This document shows, in pieces, positions 28,641 through 40,999 of a DNA stretch of 64,000 bases; the stretch's first letter is position 1; every line of letters begins with the position of its first letter. The notes beneath the pieces are model-generated. The model was given only the letters and a program-made list of their open reading frames with translations. It searched no databases and was not told the DNA's origin. The position numbers and the translations under genes were made by a program. The DNA comes from Candidatus Levyibacteriota bacterium (GTDB lineage Bacteria; Patescibacteriota; Microgenomatia; Levybacterales; UBA12049): positions 133,510-197,509 of the forward strand of contig JBDRBE010000004.1 of NCBI GenBank assembly GCA_043823085.1, given 5' to 3'.

Positions 28641-29883
28641 TATGGAAAGAAAAATTTTCTTAAATACTTTTTATCAAATTTTTGGAAAAGTTGTTATATC
28701 CTTTTTGGGATTGGTTGGTACATCTTTTTTAACACGTTATCTTGGGCCAATCGGATTCTCCGAATACAGTTTTATTTTCGCCTTTGTTGGATTTGCTTAC
28801 ATTTTTATGGATTTTGGTCTTGGGACTTTACTTACCAGAACCCTTGCCTCTCAAAAAGAAGGGGAGCGATTATTCTCCGAATTTTTTTCGTTAAGAGTAT
28901 TACTCTCGGTTATTGTTTTATTTTTTTCAATGTTAATTGTAATCTTTCTGCCATATACTACAGAAATTAAAATTGGAATTTTTATTGCGTCTTTTTCTAC
29001 GATTTTTATTCTTTTCTCCGGCGTTTTTTGGGGGTTATTTCAGGCGGAAATCAAATTTTCGAAAATGGTAATTCCGCAGATTATAACTTCAGTCTGTTCA
29101 TTCCTTTTGATATCACTTGGCGTAATTTTTCGGGCAAATTTATTTTATTTTTTATTAATTAGCGTAGCGGCGTCACTGGTGGGTTTATTTATTTCATTTT
29201 TATTTAGTAAATATAAAAAGCTCTTTATTTTTAACTTTAAAGTTTTTTGGAGAATTATAATCAAGGCATTGCCTTTCGGAATTGGACTAATAACAAGCGT
29301 TGCATATTTTAAAGTAGACATCCTTATTCTTTCATTTTTTTATAATCCGTCTTTTTATCCGGATGTAGGATTATATTCATTATCTTATAAAGTATTCGAG
29401 GTAGCTGTAATTTTTGGAGGATTATTTTCACAAACACTTTTTCCTCTTTTTTCCAGAATTATAAATTCAAAAGTTTTTTTAATTCACTTCAAAAAATATC
29501 TTTTATATTCATTGTTAATCTCTTTTTCTGCGATTTTGGTTCTTTTGTTCTTTGCGAATTTCTTCATTTCGATTTTGGGGGGAAGTAAATTTTTACAATC
29601 TGCTCAGTCACTGCGAATTTTATCGCTTGCCGCAGGATCTAGCATTTTGGCAGGATTTTTTTCAAGTGTTGCTATAGCCGGCCACAAAGAAGTTTTAATT
29701 TTAAAATTTAGTATTATTGCTCTTATTTTAAATGTTTTTTTAAACTTTGTTTTTATTCCGCAATTTTCTTTTATTGCTGCCAGTTGGACAACTGTTGTGA
29801 CGCAGAGTTTTATCATGACAACAAATATATTCGCTTCCTATTTGGTAATTAAACAACATTTGAGGATGATAAAAGCCCCATGA
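28621..29883 (+). CDS. Polysaccharide biosynthesis flippase (MOP superfamily, Wzx-like)
   Basis: 420 aa, about 12 predicted TM helices, with an N-terminus typical of oligosaccharide flippases. Confidence 0.65.
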   Translation: MDFLKNNMERKIFLNTFYQIFGKVVISFLGLVGTSFLTRYLGPIGFSEYSFIFAFVGFAYIFMDFGLGTLLTRTLASQKEGERLFSEFFSLRVLLSVIVLFFSMLIVIFLPYTTEIKIGIFIASFSTIFILFSGVFWGLFQAEIKFSKMVIPQIITSVCSFLLISLGVIFRANLFYFLLISVAASLVGLFISFLFSKYKKLFIFNFKVFWRIIIKALPFGIGLITSVAYFKVDILILSFFYNPSFYPDVGLYSLSYKVFEVAVIFGGLFSQTLFPLFSRIINSKVFLIHFKKYLLYSLLISFSAILVLLFFANFFISILGGSKFLQSAQSLRILSLAAGSSILAGFFSSVAIAGHKEVLILKFSIIALILNVFLNFVFIPQFSFIAASWTTVVTQSFIMTTNIFASYLVIKQHLRMIKAP

Positions 29884-30731
29884 TTATGAAAAAAAATCCT
29901 TTAGTTTCCGTTGTCACCCCATTTTTTAATGAAGAAAAATATCTTGATTCTTGTCTCTTTTCAATTGCAAATCAGACATATAAAAATGTTCAAATTATCG
30001 CAGTTGACGATGGTTCAAATGATAATTCAAAGCGCAAGGTGCAAAGTGCAAAACAACAATTCAAATTTAAAAATTTAACAATCTTAGAGCAATGCCACCT
30101 TGGTCCGGGAGCGGCTAGAAATTTGGGGGCAACAATGGCAAAAGGTGAGATACTAGTTTTTGCAGATGCGGATATGCATTACGATAAGAATTACATTCAA
30201 AAATTGATAAAACCTATTGTCGAAGGTAAAACAATTGGGACTTTCACTAAGGAAGAATTTATCGCAAATCCAGATAATTTATGGTCTTACTGTTGGAATA
30301 TAAATAGTAATTTGCCAAGAGAAAGACGTTTGCCAACTGATTATCCGGATACGGAGAATGCATTTAGGGCAATTCTAAAAAAAGAATTTGTCAGAGTTGA
30401 AGGTTTTGACGAAAATGAGGGATATACGGACGATTCAAGTTTAGCACGAAAATTAAAAATAAAAGCACTTAGTGCAAAAGGAGCGATATGTTACCACTTT
30501 AACCCCTCAACATTATTTGAAGTTTTTTATTCTGCGCGTTGGATTGGCCGGAGTAAAATTTTTAGACCAAGTTTTGAAAATTTTCTTCGTTTCTCACCGT
30601 TAAATTCTTTAAGAATTAGTTTCAAATACATATTGCAAAAAGCGCCGTTATCAATTATTCCTTTTAAATTGGTTTATGATTTCGGAGTTTTTACTGGAAT
30701 TTTTATATCGAGCGAAAAATATTATAAATAG
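29880..30731 (+). CDS. Glycosyltransferase family 2
   Basis: VSVVTPFFNEEKYL..IIAVDDGSNDNS and a DAD motif. Confidence 0.75.
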   Translation: MIMKKNPLVSVVTPFFNEEKYLDSCLFSIANQTYKNVQIIAVDDGSNDNSKRKVQSAKQQFKFKNLTILEQCHLGPGAARNLGATMAKGEILVFADADMHYDKNYIQKLIKPIVEGKTIGTFTKEEFIANPDNLWSYCWNINSNLPRERRLPTDYPDTENAFRAILKKEFVRVEGFDENEGYTDDSSLARKLKIKALSAKGAICYHFNPSTLFEVFYSARWIGRSKIFRPSFENFLRFSPLNSLRISFKYILQKAPLSIIPFKLVYDFGVFTGIFISSEKYYK

Positions 30732-30732
30732 T

Positions 30733-31404
30733 ATGAATGTTAAATATGATTTTCCCAGATTTGATCCGACAAAGCTTAATAAAAATAATATTAATAGGCA
30801 AGTCGTAGATATTGTTCCATTTGGCTCATTGGTTCTAGAGCTTGGCTGTGCAACGGGATTTGTCGGCGAATTTTTAATAAAAAGCAAAAAATGTCATGTT
30901 TATGGAGTTGAGGAAAGAAAAGACGAGGCAAAAATTGCAGCTAAAAGATTAAACGGGATTTTAGCAATAAATATTGAAGAAAAGGAAGCAATTGATAAAA
31001 TTCAAAAATTGCATCATGGAAAATTTGACGTAATTTTGGCAATGTCTTTAGCAGAGCATCTTAAAGATTTAAAAAGTTTTTTTAGTTTGGTTAAAAAACT
31101 GATGGATAAAAATGGCTGCTTAATTATTACAGTTCCAAATATTGCGCATTGGAGCATAAGATTATCGTTATTGTTTGGAAAATTTAATTACGAAAAATAT
31201 GGAATTTTAGATGAAACTCATTTACATTTTTTTACTGTTAAATCTTTAAAAGATTTAATCGAAAATAATGGATTTGAAATAACAAGTTTAAAAATCGATG
31301 CCGAGGGCGGAGGATACCCTAAGATAAGTCTTTTTCTTTCTCGTTTCTTTCCAAATTTATTCGCTTATCAAATATTAGTGATTGCCAAAATTAAAAATAA
31401 ATGA
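30733..31404 (+). CDS. Class I SAM-dependent methyltransferase
   Basis: VLELGCATGF motif I. The start is placed at the ATG just after the upstream stop; the track ORF begins at 30676, overlapping the previous gene. Confidence 0.65.
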   Translation: MNVKYDFPRFDPTKLNKNNINRQVVDIVPFGSLVLELGCATGFVGEFLIKSKKCHVYGVEERKDEAKIAAKRLNGILAINIEEKEAIDKIQKLHHGKFDVILAMSLAEHLKDLKSFFSLVKKLMDKNGCLIITVPNIAHWSIRLSLLFGKFNYEKYGILDETHLHFFTVKSLKDLIENNGFEITSLKIDAEGGGYPKISLFLSRFFPNLFAYQILVIAKIKNK

Positions 31405-32240
31405 AGCTTTCTATAATTATCGTTGGTTACAGAGCTAAAAAAAGACTGTTCGATTGCATTAAATCGATTGAAAACTCGAAACCCAAAAATCAATATGAAA
31501 TAATTGTTATTGATCATGATGAGACGAGCGCTATTAAAAACGAAACCGAAAAGAAGTTTCCGTTTGTTCAGTATTTCAAATCAAAAGAAAATAAAGGCTA
31601 TGGCGCTGGAAATAATTTAGGGGCAAAACGTGCTAAAGGTCAGTTCCTTTTCTTTTTAAATCCCGACACAATTGTCTTTCCAGACACAATAGATATTTTA
31701 CTAAATACGATTGAAAAAAATAAAAATATTGGTATTGTTGCGCCGTTTCTTTTAGATAAAAGTAATAATCAATACGATCTTCAGGGAGCAAGAGAACTGA
31801 CTCCGTTTAGAGCGTTTTTTGTTCTTTCATTTATTAACAAATATTTCCCCAAGAATCCGGTTTCCAGAGACTACTGGATTTTAGATTGGGACAAAATTAG
31901 TTTAAAAGAAGTTGATACAGTGCCTGGGACGGCTTTCATTATTAGGCGTGAAGTATTTGAAAAGATTAAGGGTTTTGATGAGAATTTTTTCCTTTACTTT
32001 GAGGAGTTTGATTTGTGTAGAAGAATCAGGAAATTGGGTTTCAAAATTTTTATGGACCCAAAAAGCAAAGTGAAGCATTTTTGGGGCGAAAGCACAAAGG
32101 AGCGAAATGACATAAAGCGAATTTTTGCTGAGTCCCGTTTTTACTATTTTAGAAAGAGTTATGGATTTTTTTGGGCGCTGCTGGTTCAATTTGTCACGAG
32201 TCTGAACAAGTACAAAATGTTTTTATCTTTTTTTAAATAA
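31401..32240 (+). CDS. Glycosyltransferase family 2
   Basis: LSIIIVGYRA... GT-A N-terminus and DxD. Confidence 0.7.
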   Translation: MKLSIIIVGYRAKKRLFDCIKSIENSKPKNQYEIIVIDHDETSAIKNETEKKFPFVQYFKSKENKGYGAGNNLGAKRAKGQFLFFLNPDTIVFPDTIDILLNTIEKNKNIGIVAPFLLDKSNNQYDLQGARELTPFRAFFVLSFINKYFPKNPVSRDYWILDWDKISLKEVDTVPGTAFIIRREVFEKIKGFDENFFLYFEEFDLCRRIRKLGFKIFMDPKSKVKHFWGESTKERNDIKRIFAESRFYYFRKSYGFFWALLVQFVTSLNKYKMFLSFFK

Positions 32241-32261
32241 TATTATATAATTAAAATTAAA

Positions 32262-33002
32262 ATGATATCAGCTGTTATTTTAACTAAAAACGAGGGAAAA
32301 AATATTATTGATTGCATTAAAAATTTGTCTTTTGCAAACGAGATAATAATCATCGACGATAATTCGAATGATAAAACAGCAGAGCTTGTCGAAAGTTTAA
32401 AGAGAAAAGAAATAAAGATTTTCAAAAGAGATCTCCAAAAAGATTTTGGCACGCAAAGAAATTTTGGACTTTCAAAAGCAACTGGTGAGTGGGTAATTTT
32501 TATAGATGCCGACGAAAGAGTGTCAGATGCTCTAGCTTGGGAAGTCTCAAATTTAAATTTGAATAATTTAAATGGGTTTTTTGTAAGACGTATTGACGTC
32601 ATGTGGGGAAAACGGTTGCAACATGGAGAGATAGGAAATATTAATCTTTTGCGCATGGCAAAAAAAGATGCAGGCGCGTGGGAAGGGAAGGTTCATGAGA
32701 AATGGAATGTAAAAGGAAGAATTGGAAGCTTTAAAAATCCGCTAATGCACTATCCCCATCAATCAGTATCGGAATTCTTAAAAGAAATTAATTTTTACAC
32801 GGATATTAGAGCAAAAGAGTTGCATGATAAAAAAGTTAAAGCGGGAATATTATCAATTATTCTTTATCCAATGATGAAATTTATTGTAAATTATTTCTTT
32901 AAATTAGGTTTTTTTGACGGTTTAGAGGGTTTGGTTTTTGCAATGATGATGTCTTTTCATTCTTTTTTGGTTAGAGGAAAACTATGGCAATTATCTTTTT
33001 AA
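32262..33002 (+). CDS. Glycosyltransferase family 2
   Basis: ISAVILTKNEGKNI..IIIIDDNSNDKT, with a DAD motif. Confidence 0.7.
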   Translation: MISAVILTKNEGKNIIDCIKNLSFANEIIIIDDNSNDKTAELVESLKRKEIKIFKRDLQKDFGTQRNFGLSKATGEWVIFIDADERVSDALAWEVSNLNLNNLNGFFVRRIDVMWGKRLQHGEIGNINLLRMAKKDAGAWEGKVHEKWNVKGRIGSFKNPLMHYPHQSVSEFLKEINFYTDIRAKELHDKKVKAGILSIILYPMMKFIVNYFFKLGFFDGLEGLVFAMMMSFHSFLVRGKLWQLSF

Positions 33003-34150
33003 TTCTTCTTTTTATTTTTCCTTTAGGAGAAATAACCCGACTCCAATTCTCAAATGGAATTGCATTTACATTAAATGATATCTTTATCGCATTAACAGTA
33101 ACAGTTTGGTTTATATGGAGATTAATCAAAAGAAAGGAGTTAAAAATACCTTTATTAAAGCCAATTATGATTTTTGCCGGGTTCGGTTTATTCTCACTAA
33201 TTATAAATATATTAAACCTAAATTCATTCCAGTTTTTGGTTTCATTCCTTTATCTTTTTAGGTGGTTAATCTACGCGGGAATTTATTTTGTTGTTTTTGA
33301 TTTTGACCCCAAGTTTAAAAGGAAAATTCCAGTTTTTATGATTATTGTTGGGATGATCGTAGTTTTAATTGGGTTTGTCCAATATTTTTTATATCCATCT
33401 TTGCGAAATCTTTATTATCTGGGATGGGATGAACATTTATACCGAATGTTCTCAAGCTTCCTTGATCCAAATTTTTTAGGAGTGTTTTTTGTATTATTAT
33501 TTTTGTTAGTTTTTGAATTTTTCTTTAGAACAAAAGAAAGACAAAAAAAAATATTAATGGCAGTTTTATCTATATTAATTCTTGTTTCTATTTATCTGAC
33601 TTTTTCCAGAAGCGCTTATGCAGCGTTGGTTATTGGATTAACAGTTTTTCTTGTTTTGGAAAATAAGAGGAAATGGAGTTTGGCAATGTTTGGAATTATA
33701 ATTTTGGTTTTAATATTGTCTTTGCGAAATTCTAATATCGAAAATCAAAATTTGTTTAGAACAGCATCAAGTATCGCAAGAATTGATTCTTCGTTAAACG
33801 CAATAAAAATAATTGAAAAAAATCCGATTTTTGGAGTCGGTTTTAATGCTTACAGATACGCGCAGATTAGATATGGATTTCGAGGTGATCAATCATTATT
33901 TTCAGACCACGCCGGTTCGGGAACAGATAATAGTTTTTTGTTTATCCTTGCAACTACAGGTATTTTGGGGCTTAGTGGATATTTATACTTAACATTTTCA
34001 ATTTTTAAAAATTCATTGAAACTAAAATCGACATTGCTAGTTTCCTCATTAACAAGTTTAATAATTGCCAGTTTTTTTATTAACGCCCTTTTTTATCCAT
34101 TTTTAATGCAGTGGGTGTGGATTCTAGTAGGACTTACTGAGAATAAGTGA
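32984..34150 (+). CDS. O-antigen ligase/polymerase-like (Wzy/WaaL family) membrane protein
   Basis: Polytopic protein with an FSRSAYAALVIG-type periplasmic loop motif characteristic of O-antigen ligase/polymerase. Confidence 0.6.
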   Translation: MAIIFLILLFIFPLGEITRLQFSNGIAFTLNDIFIALTVTVWFIWRLIKRKELKIPLLKPIMIFAGFGLFSLIINILNLNSFQFLVSFLYLFRWLIYAGIYFVVFDFDPKFKRKIPVFMIIVGMIVVLIGFVQYFLYPSLRNLYYLGWDEHLYRMFSSFLDPNFLGVFFVLLFLLVFEFFFRTKERQKKILMAVLSILILVSIYLTFSRSAYAALVIGLTVFLVLENKRKWSLAMFGIIILVLILSLRNSNIENQNLFRTASSIARIDSSLNAIKIIEKNPIFGVGFNAYRYAQIRYGFRGDQSLFSDHAGSGTDNSFLFILATTGILGLSGYLYLTFSIFKNSLKLKSTLLVSSLTSLIIASFFINALFYPFLMQWVWILVGLTENK

Positions 34151-34865
34151 CTTTACGTTTCATTTCTGTTTGGTTTCCTGCCGGGTCTGTTGAGTTAATT
34201 ACAATTTCATTATCGCCATTTTGAAGCTTTAAATTGTAAGAATATCTTCCGTTTCCATCGACAATAGCCCAGAATCCGTTAACAGTAACTTTATTTCCCG
34301 CCTCAGTACTGCCGCTTACAATTATAGGATTGTCATCTTTTGAAAAAGATTGTCCTTCGTTTGGTGTGTCAACAGATAAATTTGGCGCATCATTTTTTAA
34401 AGTAATTGTATAGGTTTGGGAAAAATCGCTTTCTTTCTTTTCTTGATTATCGTTTACGACAGCTTTAACTTTAATTGAGTTCTCTCCTTTTGAGAGTATA
34501 ATTTTATCAAACATAAATGAACCGTCGTCTTTGGTGCTTGTTTTGTCAACAATCTCCTCGTTTATATAAAGATCAATTGTTTCATCTTTCGATGCGTTTC
34601 CGGAAATATTTAGTTTGGCGCTGTTCGTAGCATCAAGAATTGGATTAAGAAGAGGAACAGCGATATATGAACTGGAATTTTGAGTTGATGGTTCGGTTTC
34701 TCCCTTTGAACCAGTAGCAAACATGCTTAAATTTACCAAAAGAGGAATGCCAAACTTTACTAATAAAAATATGATGATAATTATGCCAAGAATACTGAAC
34801 CAAAAAGTTTTTGCGCTCTGTTTTTCAAGTCTTCTTGCCAGTCGTGATCTATTCGTATTTTTCAT
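34134..34865 (-). CDS. Membrane-anchored surface protein with two Ig-like (Big-type) repeats
   Basis: N-terminal TM helix, Ser/Thr/Asn/Asp-rich, two ~80-aa beta-rich repeats. The start is moved to Met16 to avoid overlap with tRNA-Thr. Confidence 0.5.
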   Translation of the reverse strand: MKNTNRSRLARRLEKQSAKTFWFSILGIIIIIFLLVKFGIPLLVNLSMFATGSKGETEPSTQNSSSYIAVPLLNPILDATNSAKLNISGNASKDETIDLYINEEIVDKTSTKDDGSFMFDKIILSKGENSIKVKAVVNDNQEKKESDFSQTYTITLKNDAPNLSVDTPNEGQSFSKDDNPIIVSGSTEAGNKVTVNGFWAIVDGNGRYSYNLKLQNGDNEIVINSTDPAGNQTEMKRKVTYSQ

Positions 34866-34885
34866 AAAAATTAATATTTCCCCTG

Positions 34886-34957
34886 AGCCGATGGCGGGAA
34901 TCGAACCCACGACCTAGTGTTTACGAAACACTTGCTCTACCACTGAGCCACATCGGC
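34886..34957 (-). tRNA. tRNA-Thr (anticodon CGT)
   Basis: 72-nt manual fold on the minus strand: acceptor gccgatg/catcggc, anticodon loop ttCGTaa, T-loop ttcgatt. Confidence 0.8.
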
Positions 34958-34990
34958 GCGGATAATATCATTGTATTAAATTTGAGGTTT

Positions 34991-35650
34991 TTATTCAAAT
35001 CCCATGCGTTTGCCCCAAGTCGGCGGGTCTTTTATAAATTCTAAAAGAATATTTTGATCTTCATTTGCAATATATTTATTTTTTTTTGCAACAGATACCA
35101 CATCGGCAAAGCTTGTGAGCGACGTCAGCCTTACTTTATTTTGTTTAAAATTATCCTCTGATTTTTTCATCTTATAAGTGATAATAGAAAATATATTTGA
35201 GGATTTTGCGCCAGCGTTTCTAATTGCTCTAACGGTTTGGACAGAACTTTCTCCGGTTGATATCAAATCTTCAATAACCGCCACTTTTTGATTTTTCTTA
35301 AGGATTCCTTCAATTTGGTTGCCTTTGCCATGGTCTTTGGCTTTTCCACGGACATAAACCATGGGTTTATTTAGTTTATGTGAAATCCATGCCGCGTGTG
35401 GAATGCCTGCCGTAGCTGTTCCGGCAATAACGTCATAATTATCAGTTGATTGAATTAAATTCAAAAGTAAACCGATGATAATTTTTCTTTCTTTTGGATG
35501 TCCCATCAAAAGCCTACAATCTGTGTAAACCGGACCAAGAATCCCCGAAGTGTACCGATAAGGTTTTTTTGGATTTAGAGTTATTCCGTTAATCTCAAGC
35601 AAAATTTTTGCGACTTTTTCAGCGATTTTTTTTCTATCTATTTTTTTCAT
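34991..35650 (-). CDS. pyrE: Orotate phosphoribosyltransferase
   Basis: PRPP-binding motif VAVIEDLISTG. 219 aa. Confidence 0.85.
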   Translation of the reverse strand: MKKIDRKKIAEKVAKILLEINGITLNPKKPYRYTSGILGPVYTDCRLLMGHPKERKIIIGLLLNLIQSTDNYDVIAGTATAGIPHAAWISHKLNKPMVYVRGKAKDHGKGNQIEGILKKNQKVAVIEDLISTGESSVQTVRAIRNAGAKSSNIFSIITYKMKKSEDNFKQNKVRLTSLTSFADVVSVAKKNKYIANEDQNILLEFIKDPPTWGKRMGFE

Positions 35651-36462
35651 AGGCGGTATTCGTTTATTATCCCTCTCATTTTGCTTGCATTTATTCGCGC
35701 ATTTTTGGCAAAATCGTCATTACTCGATGTATAAAGTATAGATCTTGAGTTATTGCAAATAAGATTACTGCCACTTTTGTCAATGCCTGCTGTTATTGCT
35801 TTTTGGGTTTCAGCCCCTTGTGCGCCAATTCCTGCAGTCAAAATAGGATTATTTGGAAAAAGTTTTCTGACATTTGCTAATTCTTTAGGATAAGTAGCTC
35901 CCACAAATACTGCAATATTTTTATATGGCCATTTACTTATTGTTTTTGCCAATCTTAAATAAAAAGGTTCATTCTTTACCTTTAAATCTTGAAACATTTT
36001 TGCATCGGGATTGGAAGTTTTTAGCAACAAAATAGTTGTTTTGTCTTTGTATTCAAGAAAAGGAAGAATTGAATCCAAGCCCAAATATGGATAAACAGTT
36101 GTCGCGTCGGCATTCCAATATTCAAACATCGCTTTAGCATACATTTTGGCGGTATTTCCAATGTCAGCTCTTTTTGCATCTAATATAACAGGTATGTCTG
36201 TATACTTTGCACGAATATAATCGATAGTTTTTTTTAATTGCATTAACCCGTTGATTCCGTAAGCCTCGTAAAAAGCGATATTTGGTTTGTAAGTGCAGAC
36301 GAGATCAAAAGTCGCGTTAATAATTTCTTTATTAAATTCAAAAATTGGTTCTTTCTTTTTTAAAGTATGTTTTGGAAATTTTGCAAGTTCCGGATCGAGA
36401 CCAACGCAAAGGAGTGAATTGTTTTTTTTAATAATCGCAGATAATTTTTGCGCAAAATTCAT
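35647..36462 (-). CDS. pyrF: Orotidine 5'-phosphate decarboxylase (type 2)
   Basis: LCVGLDP motif. 271 aa. Confidence 0.8.
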   Translation of the reverse strand: MNFAQKLSAIIKKNNSLLCVGLDPELAKFPKHTLKKKEPIFEFNKEIINATFDLVCTYKPNIAFYEAYGINGLMQLKKTIDYIRAKYTDIPVILDAKRADIGNTAKMYAKAMFEYWNADATTVYPYLGLDSILPFLEYKDKTTILLLKTSNPDAKMFQDLKVKNEPFYLRLAKTISKWPYKNIAVFVGATYPKELANVRKLFPNNPILTAGIGAQGAETQKAITAGIDKSGSNLICNNSRSILYTSSNDDFAKNARINASKMRGIINEYRL

Positions 36463-37031
36463 TTATTTCTTTTTTTAAGTTCATTAATAACGTTTTCGAT
36501 TAATTTTTTGGGCGAGCTATTAAAAAATATTTTTGCTTTGCTTTTCTTTTTGATTTTTCTGTCTAACTTTTGCAGTTCATCTGCAATTCCTCCGGTGCCG
36601 GTTAAAACGCCAATAACTTTCCCCATGTCGTATAAATTAGTAAATTCGTTCATTGAACCCCATCGTCCTGCCACAATTATTCCTGCGTCGCAGTTGGCTG
36701 TTGAAATAACATTTCTATATTTTTTACATGCTCCAGAATCAAAAGAAAGTTCAAATTTTTTGGGAACAAAATAAATATTTTTATAAATTAAAAGATCATC
36801 GTTTGGGGTAAATTTTTTTTGTTCTGCAAAATTAAAAACTGGAGAATACCCATAAACATCAATGCCCTTTTTATGGGCGTTAGAAGCAACAAGATAAGGA
36901 ACCCCAGAACAAGCACCGGTGATAATTTCAATATTATATTTACTTAATGATTGAGCTAATGATTTTGCTTTTCTTTCGGTAGTCTTTCCTTCTTTTACTG
37001 CCGACCCAAAAACTCCAATTTTGTATTTCAT
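36459..37031 (-). CDS. LOG/TIGR00725-like Rossmann-fold protein
   Basis: IGVFGSA...GACSGVP and a PGGxGTxxE-like C-terminus (GTGGIADE). Confidence 0.5.
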   Translation of the reverse strand: MKYKIGVFGSAVKEGKTTERKAKSLAQSLSKYNIEIITGACSGVPYLVASNAHKKGIDVYGYSPVFNFAEQKKFTPNDDLLIYKNIYFVPKKFELSFDSGACKKYRNVISTANCDAGIIVAGRWGSMNEFTNLYDMGKVIGVLTGTGGIADELQKLDRKIKKKSKAKIFFNSSPKKLIENVINELKKRNK

Positions 37032-37041
37032 AGTCCTGTTC

Positions 37042-37251
37042 TTATTTGATTAGAAAAGGGAATTCTGATTTATTGATAATTCTTCTTCGGACATAGCTTC
37101 TAGCATCTTTGGGCATTAATGTTTCAAAACAAGTTCCATGACGGGGTAAATGAGAGACGCGACCATCATATTCACTGAGCCCCCCAGGTTCGGGAACTAA
37201 GCCGATCATTCCGCATCGAGGACAGTATGTTTGACCTTCTTTTGGTTGCAT
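37042..37251 (-). CDS. Small Cys/His-containing protein (possible zinc ribbon) encoded in a locally GC-rich island
   Basis: 69-aa ORF with CPRC..H..HGTC. No family recognised. It could instead be a structured RNA. Confidence 0.3.
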   Translation of the reverse strand: MQPKEGQTYCPRCGMIGLVPEPGGLSEYDGRVSHLPRHGTCFETLMPKDARSYVRRRIINKSEFPFLIK

Positions 37252-38315
37252 TATTTTATCATCTTTTTCTTAATTTCAAACGCCAAATTTGGATTAAACA
37301 TTGCGCCTGTGGCAGATTGTACTAAATTAGCGCCAGCTTTTCTATAGTCAAAATAATCTTTTGGCGTCATCACTCCGCCGACTCCGATAATTTCAAATTT
37401 ATAATTGTTTTTAGTTTTGATATTGTTCAGTCTTTTTACCATTTCCAACCCCGCCCATTTAATTGACGCTCCGCATATTCCGCTTTTAATTCTGTTAGCG
37501 CCCGGAAGCGCTTGGTTTCCGTACTTATCAACAACCGGCATAGGGATAGTATTTATAGAAGCGATTGCATTGGCATATTCGTTGCAGATTTGGGCAAGTT
37601 TTTTTAAATCATTTTCGCTTTTGAAATATCCAACCTTCAAAATTAACGGAATATTGCCGATTGCTTTTCTAATTGTTTTGCATGCTTCTTTGGTTGTTTC
37701 TAAATCATAACAGACTAAATCGTCATTCCCTCTGTTTGGACATGATAAATTTACTTCCAAAACTTTTGCTCCTGTTTGGGCTGATAATTTTGCGGTTTTG
37801 TAAAAATCGTCTATGAATTGTTTATGGCTTTGATTCTCTCTGATGGTTGCCATAAAACCTAATATCAATAATTGACCTTTTTTTACATGTTTTAAGGCTT
37901 TTTTTACGTCTTTTTGCCAAATTTCAGGTTTAATTCCCGGTACTCCAAAGGAATTGGTGATACTCATGTTTGATAAATTCTTTGGAATATCTGTGGTTTT
38001 TAGCCTTTTTAATTTATCAGGATGCAATTCTTTTGGCGCTTTGACAAAAAGAATATTTGGATAGGGAAGACAGGGTAAAAAATCCGATCGGACAGTTTTG
38101 TAAGTTGAGACATCAAATCCTAAATCAAAAGCAACGTTTGTAAATTTACTGTTTAATAGGGGACCGGCAGGAATTCCAAAAGGAAAATTTATATCAAAAC
38201 CCAAAAATTTATAACCACCTTTACTTTCAAACTTTTTTCTAACTGGTTTTATTTTAGGGCCTTCTTTATAGTTCTTTTCATAGGTTAGTTTTATGTCGTA
38301 AAAAAAAGACTTCAT
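37251..38315 (-). CDS. pyrD: Dihydroorotate dehydrogenase
   Basis: LEVNLSCPN and C-terminal GVGGV..G motifs of the DHOD TIM barrel. It has an N-terminal extension of ~40 aa. Confidence 0.8.
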   Translation of the reverse strand: MKSFFYDIKLTYEKNYKEGPKIKPVRKKFESKGGYKFLGFDINFPFGIPAGPLLNSKFTNVAFDLGFDVSTYKTVRSDFLPCLPYPNILFVKAPKELHPDKLKRLKTTDIPKNLSNMSITNSFGVPGIKPEIWQKDVKKALKHVKKGQLLILGFMATIRENQSHKQFIDDFYKTAKLSAQTGAKVLEVNLSCPNRGNDDLVCYDLETTKEACKTIRKAIGNIPLILKVGYFKSENDLKKLAQICNEYANAIASINTIPMPVVDKYGNQALPGANRIKSGICGASIKWAGLEMVKRLNNIKTKNNYKFEIIGVGGVMTPKDYFDYRKAGANLVQSATGAMFNPNLAFEIKKKMIK

Positions 38316-38320
38316 AACTT

Positions 38321-40996
<2,676 letters not shown>

Positions 40997-40999
40997 AAA

